A DNA stretch of 55,419 bases from an uncultured Myxococcales bacterium (GTDB lineage Bacteria > Myxococcota_A > Polyangia > Fen-1088). Where the stretch lies: assembly GCA_964491625.1 (NCBI GenBank), contig CAZBIU010000002.1:1-55419 (forward strand). The letters are read 5' to 3'. Made by a program: the position numbers and the translations under genes. The notes beneath the pieces are model-generated. The model had not been told where the DNA came from. It saw nothing but the letters and a program-made list of their open reading frames with translations, and made no database searches. Of this stretch, positions 1 through 9,117 are shown piece by piece (position 1 is the first letter of the stretch; every line of letters starts with the position of its first letter).

Positions 1-2
1 CC

Positions 3-572
3 ATGCTGGCGCACTACCACGGCCAAACCTGGAACAGCTCCGAGCTCGCGCGCGCGTTCGGCGTGGGTGACACCACGGTTCGCCGCTATCTCGATCACCT
101 TGCCGCAGCCTTCATGGTCCGCGTCCTTCAGCCGTGGCACGAAAGCCTGGGCAAGCGACAGATCAAGGCGCCCAAGGTCTATCTTGCCGACAGCGGCCTT
201 CTGCACCAGTTGCTCGACATCCGCGATAGGGATCAACTGGAGACCCATCCCAAGGTGGGGGCATCATGGGAGGGTTTTGCGTTGCAGGAGACAATCCGGA
301 AGCTGGGTGCTCATCCTGATGAGTGCTACTTCTGGGGCACCTACGCCGGCGCTGAGCTTGACCTGCTCGTGGTCCGGGGCAAGCTGCGCCTCGGCTTCGA
401 AATTAAACGCACCGACACGCCCGTGCTCACGCCCTCGATGAGGCATGCCTTGCACGATCTAAAGCTCGACCGTCTGTGGGTCGTGCACGCCGGCCGCGAC
501 GAGTTTCCGCTCCACGAGCGAACCACCGCCATCGGCCTCGACAACCTGGTGGCGCGCAAGAGTCTGGGATAG
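3..572 (+). CDS. C-terminal part of an AAA+ ATPase of the AAA_14/DUF4143 type (5' end outside window)
   Basis: ORF is open to the window edge. A wHTH-like 'SSELARAFGVGDTTVRRYLDHL' is followed by an endonuclease-like 'AELDLLVV...LGFEIKR' tail, the usual DUF4143 layout. Confidence 0.6.
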   Translation: MLAHYHGQTWNSSELARAFGVGDTTVRRYLDHLAAAFMVRVLQPWHESLGKRQIKAPKVYLADSGLLHQLLDIRDRDQLETHPKVGASWEGFALQETIRKLGAHPDECYFWGTYAGAELDLLVVRGKLRLGFEIKRTDTPVLTPSMRHALHDLKLDRLWVVHAGRDEFPLHERTTAIGLDNLVARKSLG

Positions 573-840
573 TCCGCGACGAAGCGGCCTATTTCGGTAC
601 GGCTTTCAACCTGATCCTGGCCCTCTACGAGATTCTGCCCAGAGATCCAACCTGGCCGATCTGATCGAATCGCTCAGACGCGATGCCCCGCGGTGCTTAT
701 GCGTCGAACCACATTGAGTCGTGGCATCGTTGGCGATAACGCCAAAGCGCGATTCGGCGATCGCGCTGTTACTCGGACGATTGGTATTCCGTCCTCCGAC
801 TGGCTGTCCAGGTTGGACGATTCCGCAACCCCTTGGCCGG

Positions 841-1695
841 CTATCCGATCGCCGCCAGCGCGTGCTCGACCTGCGCGACGTAGCTGCCGCCGAAGAGATT
901 CACGTGCACCATCAGAAAATAGAGTTGGTAAAGCGGCACGCGCTGCTGGTGGTCGGGAGCGAGCGGGAGGGCTTCGTGGTACGCGACGAAAACCCGCGAA
1001 CCGAAGCCGCCAAACAGCCTCATCATGGCTAGATCGAGCTCGCGATGGCCGCCGCAGACCGCGGGGTCAATCAGGCAGGGCAGGCCGCGGTCGTCGACCA
1101 TGGCGTTTCCGCCCCATAGGTCGCCGTGCAGGCGAGCGGGCGGCTCGGGTGGGCCGACCAAGTCGTCCATGCGGGGCAGGATGCGGTCGAATCCACGGCG
1201 CATGGCCGGGCTTGCGCGGCGGGCGTCGACGGCGAGTTGCAGTTGCGGTTCCAGCCGGCGCGCGCGGTAGAATTCGGCCCAGGAGGAACTTGCGCGATTG
1301 TCTTGGTCGAGTCGGCCAATGAAATTGTCGTGGTCAAGCCCGAATCCAGGCGCGCCAAAGGCGTGCAAGGCGGCCAAGCCGCGGCCCAGTTGCTCGTCGT
1401 AGTCGGTCCTGCGCTCGGCCTCGTCGATATGCTCCAGCACAAGGAAGTCCGGGCCTTGCGCCAGCACTGCAGGAACCCGCAACGCGTGCGCTTCGTCGAG
1501 CCACGCAAGCCCACGCGCCTCAGCCGCGAACATGGTCGCCGGCGCGCGGTCGTTACTCTTCACGAACACGACCCGCCCGTCGGACAATTCCGCCCGGTGG
1601 GCCTGGTTGATGTCGCCGCCTGAAACCGGACGCCAGCCCAGGACCTCGGCGCCAAGCGCCGCCCCCACCGCCTGGACGACCGGGTCCTTGCTCAT
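841..1695 (-). CDS. fructosamine/ketosamine kinase family protein
   Basis: Start taken at the internal ATG at 1693-1695 (MSKDPVVQ...). The upstream part of the 400-aa ORF is Arg/Pro-rich shadow overlapping the next gene. Family motifs 'ARLHGDLWGGN' and 'DPAVCGGHRELDLAM' are present. ATGA overlap with the upstream gene. Confidence 0.85.
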   Translation of the reverse strand: MSKDPVVQAVGAALGAEVLGWRPVSGGDINQAHRAELSDGRVVFVKSNDRAPATMFAAEARGLAWLDEAHALRVPAVLAQGPDFLVLEHIDEAERRTDYDEQLGRGLAALHAFGAPGFGLDHDNFIGRLDQDNRASSSWAEFYRARRLEPQLQLAVDARRASPAMRRGFDRILPRMDDLVGPPEPPARLHGDLWGGNAMVDDRGLPCLIDPAVCGGHRELDLAMMRLFGGFGSRVFVAYHEALPLAPDHQQRVPLYQLYFLMVHVNLFGGSYVAQVEHALAAIG

Positions 1696-2189
1696 GGCAG
1701 GCGATACGTGCGCCGTAGGTGATCGAGCAGCCCGTGACAGGCCGACAGACAGACGTCGAACACGTGCTCGAACCCGTCGGGGCCGCCGTAGTACGGATCC
1801 GGCACTTCGGCGTTCTTGCCGGCCGATGGGTCGAACTCGCGCAGCAGGTAGACCTTGCTTCGCGCTTCGTCGTTCGGGGCCAACTGGCGCAGGTCGCGGG
1901 CGTTGTCCTGGTCGAGCGCCAGCACCAGATCGAAGCGTTGGAAGTCCTCGCGCTCGAACTGTCGCGCGCAGCCCTCGATGGGCATGCCCCGCCGGTGTGC
2001 CATCGTGCGGCTGCGCCGGTCGCGCTCTTCGCCCACGTGCCACGCGCCCGTGCCTGCGCTGTCGACCTCGATGCTGCCCTGCAAGCCGGCCTCGCGCACC
2101 AGGTGGCGCATGATGGCCTCGGCGGTGGGTGAGCGGCAGATGTTGCCCATGCAGACGAAGCTGACGGCCACACGCTTCTTGTCGTTCAT
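1692..2189 (-). CDS. low-molecular-weight protein-tyrosine phosphatase
   Basis: P-loop 'VCMGNICRSP' (C-X5-R-S) near the N-terminus and a 'VPDPYYGG' Asp loop. About 165 aa. ATGA overlaps on both sides. Confidence 0.9.
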   Translation of the reverse strand: MNDKKRVAVSFVCMGNICRSPTAEAIMRHLVREAGLQGSIEVDSAGTGAWHVGEERDRRSRTMAHRRGMPIEGCARQFEREDFQRFDLVLALDQDNARDLRQLAPNDEARSKVYLLREFDPSAGKNAEVPDPYYGGPDGFEHVFDVCLSACHGLLDHLRRTYRLP

Positions 2190-3526
2190 GACGACGGATT
2201 ATCCGATCCCGGAAGGCGACCGTACAGGGTTCCCGGTCCGGCGCGGTGGATGACGACGTCGACCAAGGCCCCTACCTCGATGCCGTCGGCGGTGACGATG
2301 ACCGGGCGAAAGGTGTCGGTGCGGCCGAGCAGCTCGCTGGTCGAGCGGCGCGACAGCGATTCGCACAGCACGCGCTCGCGCCGGCCCACCTGGGCGGCGT
2401 AGATCTCGGCGGTGATCTGGCGCTGCTGCTCGATGATACGTGAAAGGCGGCGCTGCTTCACCTCGGGCGCGACGTCGTCGGGCAGTTTGCGCGCGGCCAG
2501 GGTGCCCTTGCGTTCTGAATACGCGAACATGAAGGCGTTGTCGAAGCGCAATTCCGCCTGCGCTTGGAAGGTCTGCTCGAAATCGGCCTCGCTCTCGCCG
2601 CAAAAGCCGACCAGGAAATCGGTGGTGATGGCGATCTCGGGCATGGCCGCGCGCAGGGCCGTCACCAGATCTCGGTATTGGGTGAAGCTGTAACCGCGGC
2701 GCATGCGCTCCAGCACCGTGTCCGACGCGGATTGCAGCGGCAGGTGGACGTGCCGACAAATCTTGGGCAGCTCGGCCATGGCGGCGATGACTTCCGCGTT
2801 GAACCCGAGCGGGTAGGGCGAGACGAAGCGAATCCGATCGATGCCGTCGACGGCGGCGACCTGGCGCAGAAGCGCCGCGAAGCCGACCTCGCGCTCGGCC
2901 TGCTGGAAATGGTACGAGTTGACGGTCTGCCCGACCAACTGCACTTCGCGAAAGCCCGCGTCGGCCAGTGCGCGCACCTGGCGCACGATTTCCTCTGGCG
3001 CGGTCTCGCGCTCGCGCCCGCGCGTGAACGGCACCACGCAGAAGGTGCAGAACCTGTCGCAGCCACGCTGGATGGCCACGTGGCCGGTCACCCCACCCGT
3101 CATGGTGCGCGAGGGATCCAAACCCTCGTAGGTCTCATGCGGATCGAGCATGGTGTCTTGCACCACCTCGCCGCCGCGCGCGCGTTCGATGTGCTCGGGT
3201 AGCCGGCGGTAGCTGTCCGGGCCCACCACCAAGTCGACGTAGGGGGCCTTCTCGTGCAGCTCCTCGCGCAGGTGCTCCGCCATGCAGCCGGTAATCCCCA
3301 GCACCACCCGCTTGCCGTTCGCCTTGTATCGCGCCAGCGTGCTGGCCCGGCCGCGCACCCTTTCCACGGCGCGTTCGCGCACGGCACAGGTGTTGATAAG
3401 GATGACGTCCGCACCCGCCGGATCGAGCGTCCGCGCATAGCCTGCCTGCTGCAGAAGCCCGAGCACCATTTCGGTGTCGGCCACGTTCATCTGGCAGCCG
3501 TAGGTTTCGACGTACACGGTAGGCAT
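2186..3526 (-). CDS. miaB: tRNA-i6A37 methylthiotransferase MiaB (radical SAM)
   Basis: N-terminal 'VYVETYGCQMN' and 'NTCAVRE', radical-SAM 'CDRFCTFC', and a C-terminal TRAM-like region. 446 aa. Confidence 0.93.
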   Translation of the reverse strand: MPTVYVETYGCQMNVADTEMVLGLLQQAGYARTLDPAGADVILINTCAVRERAVERVRGRASTLARYKANGKRVVLGITGCMAEHLREELHEKAPYVDLVVGPDSYRRLPEHIERARGGEVVQDTMLDPHETYEGLDPSRTMTGGVTGHVAIQRGCDRFCTFCVVPFTRGRERETAPEEIVRQVRALADAGFREVQLVGQTVNSYHFQQAEREVGFAALLRQVAAVDGIDRIRFVSPYPLGFNAEVIAAMAELPKICRHVHLPLQSASDTVLERMRRGYSFTQYRDLVTALRAAMPEIAITTDFLVGFCGESEADFEQTFQAQAELRFDNAFMFAYSERKGTLAARKLPDDVAPEVKQRRLSRIIEQQRQITAEIYAAQVGRRERVLCESLSRRSTSELLGRTDTFRPVIVTADGIEVGALVDVVIHRAGPGTLYGRLPGSDNPSS

Positions 3527-3660
3527 CGGGCTTTTCTTATAGCATCCGGAAAGCCTGCTGCCCGCGCCGCAGGCACCTGGCTGGCTACGTCATGGGTGAC
3601 AAGGCGCCCGGCGGCGCTCGGCACAGCCAGCGGGGCATTTCGTCGACAGACCCACCAGGG

Positions 3661-4158
3661 TCACTGGCAGATACTCGCCTGGAATTGTCCCTCAACGGTG
3701 TTGTCGCCGTTGTACGTGATCTTGGCGCCGCCGGTGATGGTGGTGGCCGTGACCTCGCTGATCTGGACGTGCCCTTGCAAGGCTACCCAGTTGTCGGAAG
3801 GCGGGATCGAAAAGGTCGCGCTTCTGGCCGCGCTGAGGTCGTAGCTGCCGGGCGTCCTCGGAATCACCATGATAATGGTGCCCGCGTCCTCCGGAGGCGC
3901 GAGGGTCGAGCATGCCGTGAATGTGCTCGCGTACAGGGTCATGAAGAATGTGCTGCTGTCCGAGAGGAACGAGTCCGTCTCGCCTTGCGTGAAGGTCCAT
4001 GCCTGCCCACCGACCTTCCCGGAGAGTTGCTGGGAAGAGATCGTTGTGGTCCCGCTGCTCGAACCGTCGCAACCGGCGAATAGCAGAAGGCACGGCGAGA
4101 AGGCCGCCAAAATGCTCCATCGTCTTCGCGAAAAGGTCGTCGTTTGCATGGCCGGCAT
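3661..4158 (-). CDS. lipoprotein, function unknown
   Basis: Internal start MPAMQTTTF... followed by lipobox 'LLFAGC', then a beta-rich ~140-aa domain. The exact start (4158 or 4149) is uncertain. Confidence 0.6.
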   Translation of the reverse strand: MPAMQTTTFSRRRWSILAAFSPCLLLFAGCDGSSSGTTTISSQQLSGKVGGQAWTFTQGETDSFLSDSSTFFMTLYASTFTACSTLAPPEDAGTIIMVIPRTPGSYDLSAARSATFSIPPSDNWVALQGHVQISEVTATTITGGAKITYNGDNTVEGQFQASICQ

Positions 4159-4469
4159 TGTACATCGCCCGGGGCCAAGGTGCGATCCCGTGCAGGGCCC
4201 TTGAAGGGCGATGCAACTCGTCGAGCCATTACCCTCCTGCGCTTCGGCAAGTCGGCCAAGAAACACTTGCAGACCACCCAGGTCCCAACCCTTGCTCAGG
4301 CAACCCTATGGCTGGCATCACCGCTCGGGCACTAGGGGGTGTCCCCAATTCCCTCCCGTCGCCGGGGTTGCTGCGGACCTCGTGCGCTTCCTCGCTCCTC
4401 GGTTACATGGCTTTGGCCATGCGCCCTCGTCGCTCGTCGCGCCCGAGGTTCTTCGCAGCCCCCAGCTCG

Positions 4470-5156
4470 CTATTGCGGCGTCGGGCACCCGACGGAGACG
4501 GTGCCGCTGCACACGTTTGTCGTTCCGTCACATCCTGCGGCACTATGCCAGGTGAAGCTACCGGACAGGGTCGACGCCGCCGCTGTCGCGCCGGGTGTTA
4601 TGGTCAGACCTTCTGCAGTGTAGCTGAGGGCGTATCCGACCGAGGTCGGAAGCGGATCCACAGAATCCCAGATCACCTTTGCACTCGTGCCTGCCATGAC
4701 AAAGTGACCTGTGTAGACCGAGCCCGAATAAATACTGTTGGTCATCGTGAACTGGCAGCCTGGAGCGGTCTGCGTGAAGGTATACGTCGATGCCGTAATC
4801 GCGTTCAATCCCACCCTGCAGGTCGTGCTTACAATCTGGGTCGTGACTGCGTAGGCCCCCGCGAGGCTTGGGCAGCCGTCACCGGAACCGGTTCCGCCGT
4901 CGCTGCCAACCACGCCGCCGTTGCCGGGCGATCCCCCTGCTCCTAGAGCCCCGTCGAGCCCCACGCTCCCGCCCGTAGCGCTGGCCAGTGGTGACGCGTC
5001 CGTGTCGTCCGGCGTTGGCGCGGGCGCGCTGTCGGAACGCGCACCGTTGTCGGCTCCGTCAGTAGCGATGTTTCCGTTGCTTCCGCCCCCTCCGCTTCCA
5101 CAGGCAATGAAGCAAGAGCAAGAAACAAGAGCCGTGAACAGTCTAGTCTTTGTCAT
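4470..5156 (-). CDS. lipoprotein with Gly/Ser/Asp-rich linker, function unknown
   Basis: Start at MTKTRLF, lipobox 'CFIACG', a low-complexity linker, then a Cys-containing beta-rich C-terminal domain. Confidence 0.6.
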   Translation of the reverse strand: MTKTRLFTALVSCSCFIACGSGGGGSNGNIATDGADNGARSDSAPAPTPDDTDASPLASATGGSVGLDGALGAGGSPGNGGVVGSDGGTGSGDGCPSLAGAYAVTTQIVSTTCRVGLNAITASTYTFTQTAPGCQFTMTNSIYSGSVYTGHFVMAGTSAKVIWDSVDPLPTSVGYALSYTAEGLTITPGATAAASTLSGSFTWHSAAGCDGTTNVCSGTVSVGCPTPQ

Positions 5157-5272
5157 TGGTTGGTCCCTTCGAAACAATCGCGACTGCTCGGGAGAATAGC
5201 GAATATCGGGTCCTTATGTACATCAATTTTTCTTCCAGCCCATCTACAGGCGCGCAGATCGGAGCCAGCCGG

Positions 5273-5696
5273 CTACTCGACCACCATCGTGGATGCCATC
5301 AGCAAATCGGGCCTTTCGGGCTGCGCGCGCGCAAGCAGGTAGGAGATCTCGGCGGAGGCTAGGCCGAAGCTTGGGCCGTGAACCGTGTTTCCGTCGAGCT
5401 CGACCAGGCCGAGCAGTCGTCCCCGCCGAATGTCGGTTTCGACGCGCGCGCGCCGGATCAGCAGTCGCTCCTGATTGAGCGGCTCGGAGGTGGTCGGCGT
5501 GATCCTCCGAGCTTTGCGCCCAGGCAACGCCGTCGGCCTGCAAATAGCCGTGCAGCTCGACCTCGGTTTGGCCGGGAGGCGGCGCCGGCCCGTCGGGCAG
5601 GAAGGGAACCGAAGGCGTCGCCCACGCCGTCCCAGCGACGAGGAACAGGAGCAACGCGGGCGGCAGGCTATGGCAGCGGAGGCAGCGTTCCACCAT
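5273..5696 (-). pseudogene. frameshifted, truncated porin-like (phosphate-selective porin O/P-like) remnant
   Basis: ATG at 5694-5696 opens a signal-like 'LLLFLVAGTAWA' plus 'EVELHGYLQADG'. Sensible sequence ('NQERLLIRRARVETDIRRGRLLGLVELDGN') continues in another frame and stops at 5273. Confidence 0.3.
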
Positions 5697-6915
5697 TGTC
5701 CTTCTGGACTTGCGGCATCGGTTCCTTCGGACTGGTCAGGCGGCTGGCAGTGCATGCGCTGTTGATAAAACTGGCGTAGTCGGCGCCCGGCGCCGCGCAG
5801 TCGCCGAGAGAGGTTCGGCCGTCGGCGGCCTCGCAGAAGCCGCGCAGGCAGCGACCTGCAGTGCATTGCGCGTCGGTGGTGCAGGCGACACAGGTTGCAG
5901 GCGCCTTGCCCACGGTGGCTTCGAAGGCACAGCCGCACGGGTCGGGCGGCACATAGGTCGACAGGCTTCCGCCCTCGGTCGAGCGCGACACCGTCATGGC
6001 GCAGCTTGGAACCAGGCCCCTGGCGGCAAGGGTGGCGATGGAGTCGACGCCGGCACCGGCCGCGCCCGGGCCGCCGGTGAAGATATCGACCAGAGTCTTG
6101 ACCTTCGCATTGGTGGGCGTACCAGCGGCGTCGAGGGTGGTCAGGTAGAAGACGTGGGACCAACCGACGTAGTGTCCGTCACGCACGCTGCGTTTGTCGA
6201 AGCTGGTGGCGCTGGAATCGGGCAGGTACCCTAGGTCCTGTCCTTAGGCCTCGAAGGTCAGCGCGCGCAGGGCCGCGCGGTTGCCCGAGCTGTCGTAGAT
6301 CTCGGAGCCGAGAATACCAATGGCTTGATCGGGCGAGCTCGCGGTCGCCAGGCTGGACGCGACGGCAGTGGATTGGTCGAGCCGTACGCCCTTCCACTTG
6401 GCGGCCGGGACGTCGATGATTGCACCCAGGCTGACTTGGGTTCCCTTGGTGGCAGGGCGGACGAAGTAGAACGATTCGTTGATCCACGGCGAGACCTTGC
6501 CGTTCTGCCCGAACCCAAACACCAGGTACGCCTCCTCGGCGCTGATGGCGGTGGCGACGCTGGCGGAAGGAACTGCGAACACGAAGCTTTGGACGGGACC
6601 TTTGATGGCGCCGAGGGTGGTGGGAGGTATCACCGCGGAATTGCAGGCCGCCGGGAACACGATGGGGATGCCCATGTCGGGTGGAACCCCGCCAGCGGGC
6701 ATGGCGCAGGTGGGAACGGTGCCGGCCTGCGCATCCCAATTCGGATCCGACGGAATATACGATCCGTTGGGTGTGATGTTGGCGCCGTTGTAGACGGTAT
6801 CGATGATCGAGCAGGAACCGGTGGCGTACCAAACCACCGTGATCGGGTTGGCCAGGGCACGCAGCTTCTTGCCCACGTCCTTGAGGATGGGCACCTGGGT
6901 GTAGGCGCGACCGGC
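5668..6915 (-). pseudogene. PstS-like (type 2 periplasmic binding protein) gene with in-frame TAA and no N-terminal signal; Cys-rich C-terminal tail
   Basis: ORFs 6244..6894 and 5668..6186 share one frame and are separated only by TAA at 6244-6246. Motifs 'VVWYATGSCS', 'AIGILGSEIY' and 'DGHYVGWSHVFYL' span the stop. The frame is closed upstream by TAG at 6916-6918. Confidence 0.6.
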
Positions 6916-7246
6916 CTAGGTTTGTCCTGGAGCAATCGCGTCTTCGCGGCGTGGGCTACCCCTGCCTCACCGGCATCACGGTCTACGCCCACTTCGGCTG
7001 GGCTTACTTCGAGCTTCAGCTTGACGGCTATTCCGACCAGACCTCGAGCAGCCAGGCAGCGCCCCGCTGCTGAAGGATCTTGAGCGGAAGAGCCAGTGAG
7101 TCGCGCGCCGAAGGCCTACTCCTTCGCTTGGGTTGCGGGCGGGTAAATTCTCCCTCTCTCGGCCCTGCGCGCGTTGACAGAGCGCTGGCCGCAGATGATT
7201 CTTCAGGCCGATGCAGTCGGTAACGGCTACACCGGAAAGGAAGACC

Positions 7247-7449
7247 ATGGAAATCAGCGCACGCAATCAACTTAGGGGCACGGTGAAAAAGGTCACTCGC
7301 GGCGGGGTCAACGGCGAAGTGGTGGTCGATATCGGCGGTCAGGAGATGGTCTCATCGATCACCTGTCCTCGATTGATCGGCTGGCGCTCAAGGTGGGCGA
7401 TGCGGTCTACGCGATCGTGAAGGCCACCGACGTCATGATCGGCAAGTAG
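7247..7449 (+). pseudogene. mop: molbindin (Mop/TOBE single-domain molybdate-binding protein) with a 1-nt frameshift
   Basis: 'MEISARNQLRGTVKKVTRGGVNGEVVVDIGGQEMVSSIT' in one frame and 'SSIDRLALKVGDAVYAIVKATDVMIGK*' in the next. The span is 203 nt (not a multiple of 3). A GGAAAGGAAG RBS lies upstream. Confidence 0.75.
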
Positions 7450-7533
7450 GCACACCCGCTGGTCTCAATTTTCCCGCTGCAGTTGGGTCGCGCCTAGGAG
7501 TAGCGCACCTGGTGTACAATCTGCGCCGCGCGC

Positions 7534-8493
7534 ATGCGACGTTGCCTCTTGCTCTTGCTGATCCTGATCACTCCGCTGCTTTCCAAGGGCGCGCGCGCCG
7601 CCGTCACGGTGATCCCCAACGATGGATGCCCGGCCAGCGAGGCCATCGATGCGAATCTGGAGCGCTTGGGTGCGCTGACACTCCTCTCGCAGCTTGGCAC
7701 TGCCGAGGTTCGCGTCGAGGGTCCGTCACTGTACGTGAGCCTCCGCGATCGTCGCGGGGAGCCCATCGGGGCGCGGGCGGTGGCTGCGGTCGGGGACTGC
7801 GCGGGTCGCGCCGCGCTGGTTGCCGCGGTGATTGCGGCCTTCGTCGGTGATTGGGCACAGACGGAGATCGCCAGACCGCAGCCCGCCGCCCCGGCGGCCA
7901 CACGAAAGGCGGATGCGGTGCCCGCAGCGGCGCCGGCCACGGCGGAGGCGGGTGGGGTTCCTGCAGCAGCGGCGGCCAAGCTTCTGCGCCCCTGGCACGC
8001 CGAGCTTGGCGTGATGGCTCTCGGCCTGTACGATGGCGATGTCGGCGGTTTCGGTTTGGGGGGACGCGTGGATCTAGGCCGCGGCGCATGGACGCTCGCC
8101 GGGCTCGTCGAAGGTTCTTTCGATCGCCAGCAGGCGCTTGGTCAGGGCCAAGGCACGTATCAGTTTCTGCGCGCCGGCCTCGGGCCGGGCCTGCGTCATC
8201 GCTGGTCGCGCGTTTTTGTGGACGTGACCTTGGTGCCGATGGTCGCCCGGCTCTCCCTACAGGGAAAAAACCTCGCGACCAACCAGGCCGCCACGGCTTG
8301 GGAATTCGTCGCGGCCGGCCAGGCCCGGATCGGATGGAATGTCTGGCGTCTGCGACCTTTCGTGTTTGTGGGCGCGAGCTATGACACCCCCGCCCAGCGA
8401 ATGACTCTGCGCGATGGTTCCGCCCCGGCGGTGTCGTTGTCGCCCTTCAACGTCGAGGGGGGCCTGGGGATTTCCTTGCCGATTCTTCCATGA
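7534..8493 (+). CDS. secreted hypothetical protein (signal peptide, Ala/Pro-rich spacer, beta-rich C-terminal half)
   Basis: 'MRRCLLLLLILITPLLSKGARA' signal peptide. Lies directly upstream of the ECF sigma gene on the same strand. Confidence 0.6.
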   Translation: MRRCLLLLLILITPLLSKGARAAVTVIPNDGCPASEAIDANLERLGALTLLSQLGTAEVRVEGPSLYVSLRDRRGEPIGARAVAAVGDCAGRAALVAAVIAAFVGDWAQTEIARPQPAAPAATRKADAVPAAAPATAEAGGVPAAAAAKLLRPWHAELGVMALGLYDGDVGGFGLGGRVDLGRGAWTLAGLVEGSFDRQQALGQGQGTYQFLRAGLGPGLRHRWSRVFVDVTLVPMVARLSLQGKNLATNQAATAWEFVAAGQARIGWNVWRLRPFVFVGASYDTPAQRMTLRDGSAPAVSLSPFNVEGGLGISLPILP

Positions 8494-8559
8494 CCGATCG
8501 CGTTTCCACGTTTGACTGAAACGACTTTCGGTCTGCCGTCACCAACCATTAGTATCGTG

Positions 8560-9117
8560 ATGATGCCCGCTGTTCCGCAGACTCTGCCCAGCGCGGAGTC
8601 AATGTACCAGCGCTATGCGCCCGACGTGGCTCGTTGGGCTGAGCGGTTGGCCGGCCCGAGTTTGGACGTGGAGGACGTCGTGCATGAGGTATTTGCTATC
8701 GCCTACGAGCGTATTCACAAGTTCCGTGGCGATTCCAGCCTTCGTACTTGGCTGTTCGCAATCACCACTCGAGTTGTATGGCACCGTCGACGCAAGGAAC
8801 GTTGGCGGCGATGGCTCAGCGGATCGGCCGACGAAACCGCCGGCCACATCGCGAGCGAGAGTCCCGATCCCCTGCGCCTGGTCGAACGGAACCAGGCCGC
8901 AGTTGAAGTGTATCGAGTGCTGGATCACCTGTCGGATCGAGATCGACAAGTGTTGATCCTGTGCGAGCTTGAGGAGCTTGACGCCGCAGAGGCAGGTCAG
9001 CTCTTGGGAATCCAGCAGGCTACTGTCCGCGTGCGCCTGCACCGTGCCCGAGCACGGTTCACGCGTGCCTACCAGGAATTCGTAACCAAGAAGACCACCC
9101 CAGGAGGCTGCCCATGA
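8560..9117 (+). CDS. ECF (sigma-70 family group 4) RNA polymerase sigma factor
   Basis: Region 2 'DVVHEVFAIAYERIHKFRGDSSLRTWLFAITTRVV' and region 4 'LILCELEELDAAEAGQLLGIQQATVRVRLHRARARF'. Start taken at ATG 8560; the tabulated ORF starts at TTG 8512. Confidence 0.85.
   Translation: MMPAVPQTLPSAESMYQRYAPDVARWAERLAGPSLDVEDVVHEVFAIAYERIHKFRGDSSLRTWLFAITTRVVWHRRRKERWRRWLSGSADETAGHIASESPDPLRLVERNQAAVEVYRVLDHLSDRDRQVLILCELEELDAAEAGQLLGIQQATVRVRLHRARARFTRAYQEFVTKKTTPGGCP

Noticed and set aside
572-840. Lower-GC 270-nt gap between convergent genes as a possible sRNA, tRNA or mobile-element scar
   Set aside because: I could find no tRNA-like T-arm (GGTTCGAA-type), no hairpin plus U-tract, no inverted repeats and no ORF with a signature.
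1696-2043. N-terminal extensions of tabulated ORFs (841..2043, 17670..19604, 41795..45607, 46146..47591, 47402..49945, 13140..14030, 30451..32532)
   Set aside because: The extensions overlap the upstream gene in another frame and are Arg/Pro/Gly-rich. In each case an internal ATG lies 0-4 nt from the upstream stop and begins the recognisable protein (signal peptide or family N-terminus).
7100-7246. Possible Moco (molybdenum cofactor) riboswitch in the leader of the mop gene
   Set aside because: Only the RBS-proximal 'CCGGAAAGG-N6-ATGG' resembles the 3' end of the E. coli moaA leader. I could not trace the conserved stems or the GCCUCC-type core by eye. This needs cmsearch with Rfam RF01055; a hit would revive it.
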